From Fusobacteriota bacterium (GTDB lineage: Bacteria; Fusobacteriota; Fusobacteriia; Fusobacteriales; JBNJFI01), in the NCBI GenBank assembly GCA_051746725.1, contig JBNJFI010000024.1:3107-26135 (forward strand): DNA of 23,029 nt, written 5' to 3'. Of the stretch, positions 18,735 through 23,029 are shown piece after piece. A program made the translations under genes and the position numbers. The notes below the pieces were generated by a model. The model worked only from the letters and a program-made list of their open reading frames with translations, was not told the DNA's origin and made no database searches. Within the stretch, counting starts at the first letter, position 1, and each line of letters begins with the position of its first letter.

Positions 18735-18773
18735 CACTCGCCCTTTCATGTATCAGTCTATTATTACATAAAT

Positions 18774-18802
18774 ATTTTACTAAATTTAGACGAATAAGTC
18801 AA
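18774..18802 (-). promoter_or_regulatory. Sigma70-type promoter of the pur operon
   Basis: TTGACT (18802-18797), 17-nt spacer, TAAAAT (18779-18774). Confidence 0.75.
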
Positions 18803-18849
18803 CCTTTTTTTGAAATCGAATTCCTAAAAAAAATATTTTTACAAGGGAT

Positions 18850-20661
18850 TTATAATCTTTTTAATTCTTTCAAAGTATCTTCTAATTCATCTAATAAATC
18901 ATTTAATTGCTGAGTAACAGCTAAAATTGTCCCTTTTTTGGTCAAATCTACCCCTGCTTTTTTGAGTTGCTCCATAGGATAGTCATTTCCACCTGATTTT
19001 AATAAATCAATATATGCTTCCTTTGCTTTTTCGTCTCCTTCTTTTATTATCTTTTCATAAAGTTTTGCAGAAGCCGCAAATGAAGTAGCATATTTATAAA
19101 CATAAAATGGAGAATTATAAAAATGAGGTACTATTGACCATATCGTTTTATTTTCTTCTAACCTCTTAACTGTATCTCCATAATAAGTCTTATTTAATTC
19201 TTCCATTATTCCGCCTAAAACTTCAGAGGTAATTGGTTTTCCATCTTCAACCATTTTATGCGCTCTATATTCATAATCTGCAAAAAAGGTTTGTCTATAA
19301 AAAGTTCCTATTAAGTTACGGATTGTTTGTTGTAATAATGATAATTTTTCTTTAGGGTCCTCTGTTTTTTCTAATAAATAATCCAACATAAGTCTTTCAT
19401 TAAAAGTAGATGCAACTTCAGCTACAAAGATTGTATAATCGTGAGTTGCAAATGGTTGATTTTCATCAGACAACATAGAGTGCATTGCGTGTCCCATTTC
19501 ATGAGCTATTGTAAATAGACTATTTAAAGTTCCATTATAATTTAGTAAGATATATGGATGAACTCCATATACCCCCATCATATATCCACCACTTCGTTTA
19601 GAATCAGTTTCATAAACGTCAACCCATCCATCTTTTAGAGCATCCTTTATCTTAGTCTGATACTCTTCACCTAAAGGAGCAACTGACTCATATATCCACT
19701 TTTTTGTGTCATCATATTTATATTCTTTATTATATTCAATTAAATTAATTAATCCATCGTAACTATAATAGTCTTTTACATTTAGAACTTTTTTTCTAAG
19801 ATTCACATATCTTTTTAGTGGATCAGTATTTTCACTGACTGTTTTTAATAAATTTTTATATACATCCACTGGAATATTATCTCCATCTAGAGCCTTTTCT
19901 AAAATACCATCATATGATCTAGCTTTCATAGAAGCAATATCTTTTTGTAATGTCGAATTATAAATTGCAGAATAGGTATTTTCATTTTCTTTATATACTC
20001 TCGTATGCTTTAAAAACATCTTTTTTCTATCTTCTCTATTATGGTTTGTCATTAATACCTTTGTATAATTTGCTCTAGTCGCTTTAACTTTTGTTCCATC
20101 AGATAGTTTTACTTCTGGAAAATCTATATCTGAAGTAGATAATTCTCTATAAATATTAGATGGAGCACCTCTAAATTGACTATAATAAGAAAGCAATTTT
20201 TCTTGTTCTTTAGGCAAAACATGTTCTTTTTGTCTATATAAATCTTCTAAACCAAATCTATGATCTTTTAATCTATCATCTTCTAACCATTTTTCCATAT
20301 CTTCCCATTTGTTTTCCAATATTTCTGGAGTAATCCATGAGGTCTTGGTAGAAAATTCAGCAAACATTATTTGAACTCTTTGTAACTTTTGAGATATTTC
20401 TTGATTTGAAGTATCTGTATCACTTTGTAATCTAGCAAAAGAAAAAGCTTTATAGGCTATTTTAGATAATTTGTCCTGTTTATCTAAGACTTTTATTATA
20501 CCTTCTTTTTTGTCTAATTCACCTTTTAATTTAGGGATCTCTTCCATCAATTCCGACATCTTGCTTAGGTCTTTTTCCCATTCATCCCAACTTTTATACA
20601 TATCTGTAAAGTCCCATTTATATTTTTTAGGTATTTCTTCTCTATTTTTATAACTTTTCAT
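18850..20661 (-). CDS. pepF: Oligoendopeptidase F (M3B)
   Basis: R.EIP.KYKWD N-terminus, KRSGGY, HPYILLN, zinc motif HEMGH, AEVASTFNE, PHFY..FYVYKYA. Confidence 0.95.
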   Translation of the reverse strand: MKSYKNREEIPKKYKWDFTDMYKSWDEWEKDLSKMSELMEEIPKLKGELDKKEGIIKVLDKQDKLSKIAYKAFSFARLQSDTDTSNQEISQKLQRVQIMFAEFSTKTSWITPEILENKWEDMEKWLEDDRLKDHRFGLEDLYRQKEHVLPKEQEKLLSYYSQFRGAPSNIYRELSTSDIDFPEVKLSDGTKVKATRANYTKVLMTNHNREDRKKMFLKHTRVYKENENTYSAIYNSTLQKDIASMKARSYDGILEKALDGDNIPVDVYKNLLKTVSENTDPLKRYVNLRKKVLNVKDYYSYDGLINLIEYNKEYKYDDTKKWIYESVAPLGEEYQTKIKDALKDGWVDVYETDSKRSGGYMMGVYGVHPYILLNYNGTLNSLFTIAHEMGHAMHSMLSDENQPFATHDYTIFVAEVASTFNERLMLDYLLEKTEDPKEKLSLLQQTIRNLIGTFYRQTFFADYEYRAHKMVEDGKPITSEVLGGIMEELNKTYYGDTVKRLEENKTIWSIVPHFYNSPFYVYKYATSFAASAKLYEKIIKEGDEKAKEAYIDLLKSGGNDYPMEQLKKAGVDLTKKGTILAVTQQLNDLLDELEDTLKELKRL

Positions 20662-20686
20662 TATAATCTCCTCCTCTTATAAAATA

Positions 20687-21667
20687 TTATATTACGTGGT
20701 ATTGTTTTATTCGGTCTTGAAAATCTTCTGTATTTATAGGTTCTTTTATTTCTTTTTTGCCATTCAATAAAAGATAACTTGGCTCTTGTCCTTTTGTTTT
20801 AGAATACCTTGCAAAAATTGTTTTAATATCTTCCACATTTTGTTCATTAAAATCTCCAAATCCTAATATTGTTGGTCCAGGTGTTGTATCTCCCTTTACA
20901 AATATATCTGCATTATCTTTATATTCAGAAAGTTTTATATTTTCTTCTTCACCTCTACCAATCACGATATATTTTCCTTGATCAAATCTATACATTCTTC
21001 CCAATTGTATTGCTTCAAAAATATATCCGTTATCAAAACGTTCATCATCTTTTAATATTTTTAGCTTTGTTGAATAATTAGGATCTGTTAAGAGACATCC
21101 GCCGCCGGGATCTGGATAATCGGTAACACCTAATTTTTCAGCTAATTCAAATTGTCTCTTACGAGTTCTGCCTTGAATATCCTCTAATTTCTCTCTTTTT
21201 ATCCATCCTTTTTCTTCTGGAAGTGTCGGAGGAAGTAATTTTCCTGAAAGTGGTCTCACTATTAAATCTGCTGATTTTGAAAGTTTTGCAACTTGCTTTA
21301 AAGACTGATAATTTTGAGACATAGGTCTTTGACCTAATACTTCTCCTGTAATTACAAACTTAGCATCGTATTTTTCCAATAACTCAATTGCTTTTTCCAT
21401 CATAAGTGCGTGACAGTCTATGCATGGATTCATATTTTTTCCGTAACCACTAGGTGGATTTTCTGTTATCTTTCTGTGGATCTCTTTAAAATCTATATAT
21501 TCTAACTTACATCCTAATTCTTCTGCCCATTTTTCCATATTAGGGTTTTTTCCTCCAAAAAAGTAGGAATCAAAGTTTAATGCAATTACCTCTATTCCTT
21601 GCTGTTGAATAACTTTTATTGCCAGTGAACTATCTAATCCACCTGACCATAGTGCTAATGCTCTCAT
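20687..21667 (-). CDS. PP-loop ATPase, ThiI/MnmA-like putative tRNA sulfurtransferase lacking an N-terminal THUMP domain
   Basis: SGGLDS at the N-terminus, NPCIDCH, TGEVLGQRPMSQ, PGGGCLLTD; C-terminal domain with VIGR...N and GP motifs. Confidence 0.75.
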   Translation of the reverse strand: MRALALWSGGLDSSLAIKVIQQQGIEVIALNFDSYFFGGKNPNMEKWAEELGCKLEYIDFKEIHRKITENPPSGYGKNMNPCIDCHALMMEKAIELLEKYDAKFVITGEVLGQRPMSQNYQSLKQVAKLSKSADLIVRPLSGKLLPPTLPEEKGWIKREKLEDIQGRTRKRQFELAEKLGVTDYPDPGGGCLLTDPNYSTKLKILKDDERFDNGYIFEAIQLGRMYRFDQGKYIVIGRGEEENIKLSEYKDNADIFVKGDTTPGPTILGFGDFNEQNVEDIKTIFARYSKTKGQEPSYLLLNGKKEIKEPINTEDFQDRIKQYHVI

Positions 21668-21700
21668 CTATCTCCTCCATAATTTTTCTTTTTAGTATAT

Positions 21701-22462
21701 TTATTTTAATGATTTTGTTAATATTTTGGCTCCACTTGACGTAACTAATATAGTATGTTCAAATTGAGCACTTATACTTTTATCTGCTGTTGTTACTGTC
21801 CATCCATCCTTTTTTGAAGTAACTGTCTTATACGATTCCCCCATATTAATCATAGGTTCTACAGTAAAGGTCATCCCTTTTTTGAGTCTTACTTTATTTT
21901 TCCCTGTATCATGATGGAAAACATGAGGATCCTCATGAAATTTTTTCCCTATTCCATGTCCAGTATAATCTCTAACAATGGAATATCCAAATTTATTAAT
22001 ATATTTTTCTATACTTTTCCCTACTTCTGATAAAAATTTACCAGGTTTTATAGCTTCAATCCCTCTATACATTGCATTTTCAGTTCTTCTTACTAATTTT
22101 TTTACTTCTGGCTCAACATCACCTATCAAGTACGTTCTAGAGCTATCTCCATGAAATCCATTTAATTTTACTGTAACATCAATATTTACAATATCTCCAT
22201 TTGTTAAAACATCTTTTTTAGATGGAATTCCATGGCATACAACATCATTTATAGAAGTACATATACTTTTGGGAAATCCGCCATAATTTAGGGGAGCAGA
22301 AATAGCACCATTTTGATTTGTGAATTCTTCTGCTAAATCATTTAACTTTAAAGTCGAAACTCCTTCTTTTACATGATCTTCTAAAAAATCTAATAACTTT
22401 GCAGCTAACTTTCCTGCTTTTTCCATTCCTCTTATTTCATTTTTATTTTTGATATTTATCAT
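21701..22462 (-). CDS. map: Type I methionine aminopeptidase
   Basis: SICTSINDVVCHGIP, DIVNIDVT, HGDSSRT, GHGIG..FHE, FTVEPMIN, AQFEHT. Confidence 0.98.
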   Translation of the reverse strand: MINIKNKNEIRGMEKAGKLAAKLLDFLEDHVKEGVSTLKLNDLAEEFTNQNGAISAPLNYGGFPKSICTSINDVVCHGIPSKKDVLTNGDIVNIDVTVKLNGFHGDSSRTYLIGDVEPEVKKLVRRTENAMYRGIEAIKPGKFLSEVGKSIEKYINKFGYSIVRDYTGHGIGKKFHEDPHVFHHDTGKNKVRLKKGMTFTVEPMINMGESYKTVTSKKDGWTVTTADKSISAQFEHTILVTSSGAKILTKSLK

Positions 22463-22500
22463 ATTTTTAACTCCTTTTATTATAATTATTAAACAAACAT

Positions 22501-22529
22501 ATTATAACATATATAGGAATATAAAACAA
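22501..22529 (-). promoter_or_regulatory. Candidate promoter for map - sulfurtransferase - pepF
   Basis: TTGTTT (22529-22524), 17-nt spacer, TATAAT (22506-22501) with extended TG. Confidence 0.6.
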
Positions 22530-22570
22530 AATGGAATTGAGTAATAATTTTTTCATAATCTTAATTAATT

Positions 22571-22599
22571 TTGATTTTTATTTTTTTTTAGGTTATAAT
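22571..22599 (+). promoter_or_regulatory. Candidate promoter for the right-edge gene
   Basis: TTGATT (22571-22576), 17-nt spacer, TATAAT (22594-22599). Confidence 0.65.
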
Positions 22600-22681
22600 T
22601 ACATGAGAATTTAATATAGGTTATATTTAATAAGATTTTATCTAAAATATTATAAAACTAAAAGTTAGGAGTTGAATTTAC

Positions 22682-23029
22682 ATGAATAATAAATTAATTG
22701 AAATTATGAGAGATCAAAAGAACGGTAGTAACAATAAATTGTATCTTACAATTTTATTATCACTTATTTTTGGATTGGTATGGATAATCGTATATAAGAC
22801 TGGAGGAACTAAATATGCTTGGCCTCATCTAATTTATATTCCATTATTTTTATCTTCATTTTTTTTCAAAAAAGTAGGTGGATTTTTAGGGGGAGTTATT
22901 TCTGGAATTTTAATGGGACCTCTTATGCCCTTAGATGTTACAGCAAATATTAGTCAAGATTTTATAAACTGGTCTTCACGAGCATTCCTATATATTATTT
23001 TTGGAATAACTTTGGGAGTTATTTTTGAG
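22682..23029 (+). CDS. Partial membrane protein (first 116 aa), probable membrane sensor domain of a signalling protein; cut by the window edge
   Basis: AGGAG RBS, then an open frame to the edge: MNNKLIEIMRDQKNGSNNKLYLTILLSLIFGLVWIIVYKTGGTKYAWPHLIYIPLFLSSFFFKKVGGFLGGVISGILMGPLMPLDVTANISQDFINWSSRAFLYIIFGITLGVIFE, with about four hydrophobic segments. Absent from the ORF track because it has no stop in the window. Confidence 0.8.
   Translation, partial: MNNKLIEIMRDQKNGSNNKLYLTILLSLIFGLVWIIVYKTGGTKYAWPHLIYIPLFLSSFFFKKVGGFLGGVISGILMGPLMPLDVTANISQDFINWSSRAFLYIIFGITLGVIFE

Noticed and set aside
18720..18760. Hammerhead ribozyme or ANTAR twin hairpin in the pur leader
   Set aside because: CUGAUAC does not match CUGANGA and the flanking stems are missing; the AxxG-loop candidates lack the closing 3-bp stems.
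18527..18800. Canonical guanine, ZTP or PRPP riboswitch, or T-box, upstream of purL
   Set aside because: By eye I find none of their conserved cores (e.g. UUUCUACC...CCGUAAA; CGCCUGGGC; CUAGGGUUCC; UGGNACCGCG). An Infernal scan would be decisive.
6912..21081. Remaining short plus-strand ORFs (6912, 8818, 11658, 12342, 12648, 20471, 20869)
   Set aside because: All lie antisense to well-conserved housekeeping genes and show shadow-ORF composition.

Overview
Very AT-rich bacterial chromosomal segment, almost entirely on the minus strand, with no sign of mobile elements, CRISPR arrays or structural RNA genes. An Omp85-type patatin fusion together with Firmicutes-style purF and single-chain purL suggests a diderm low-GC anaerobe such as a Fusobacteriota member (inference). 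In transcription order on the minus strand: map - PP-loop/CxxC putative tRNA sulfurtransferase - pepF; a promoter and a long leader holding a 32-codon ORF and a terminator, then purL-purC-purF-purM; a likely internal promoter, an unannotated 44-aa Cys/Lys-rich ORF, a GH13-fold protein with degenerate catalytic motifs, and glyA; a plus-strand tRNA m6A37 methyltransferase (convergent with glyA, divergent from ychF); ychF - batB - batC - batD - patatin/POTRA/beta-barrel (type Vd-like); then a tandem array of at least three near-identical cold-shock protein genes behind one promoter. A plus-strand membrane-protein gene runs off the right edge. Best leads: (1) a candidate translation-coupled, possibly ATP-sensing attenuator ahead of the pur operon that matches no riboswitch I recognise; (2) the small ORF plus GH13 pseudoenzyme between purM and glyA; (3) the polycistronic csp triplet; (4) a partial bat operon coupled to a type Vd phospholipase. 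All calls come from reading the sequence by eye; no searches were run.
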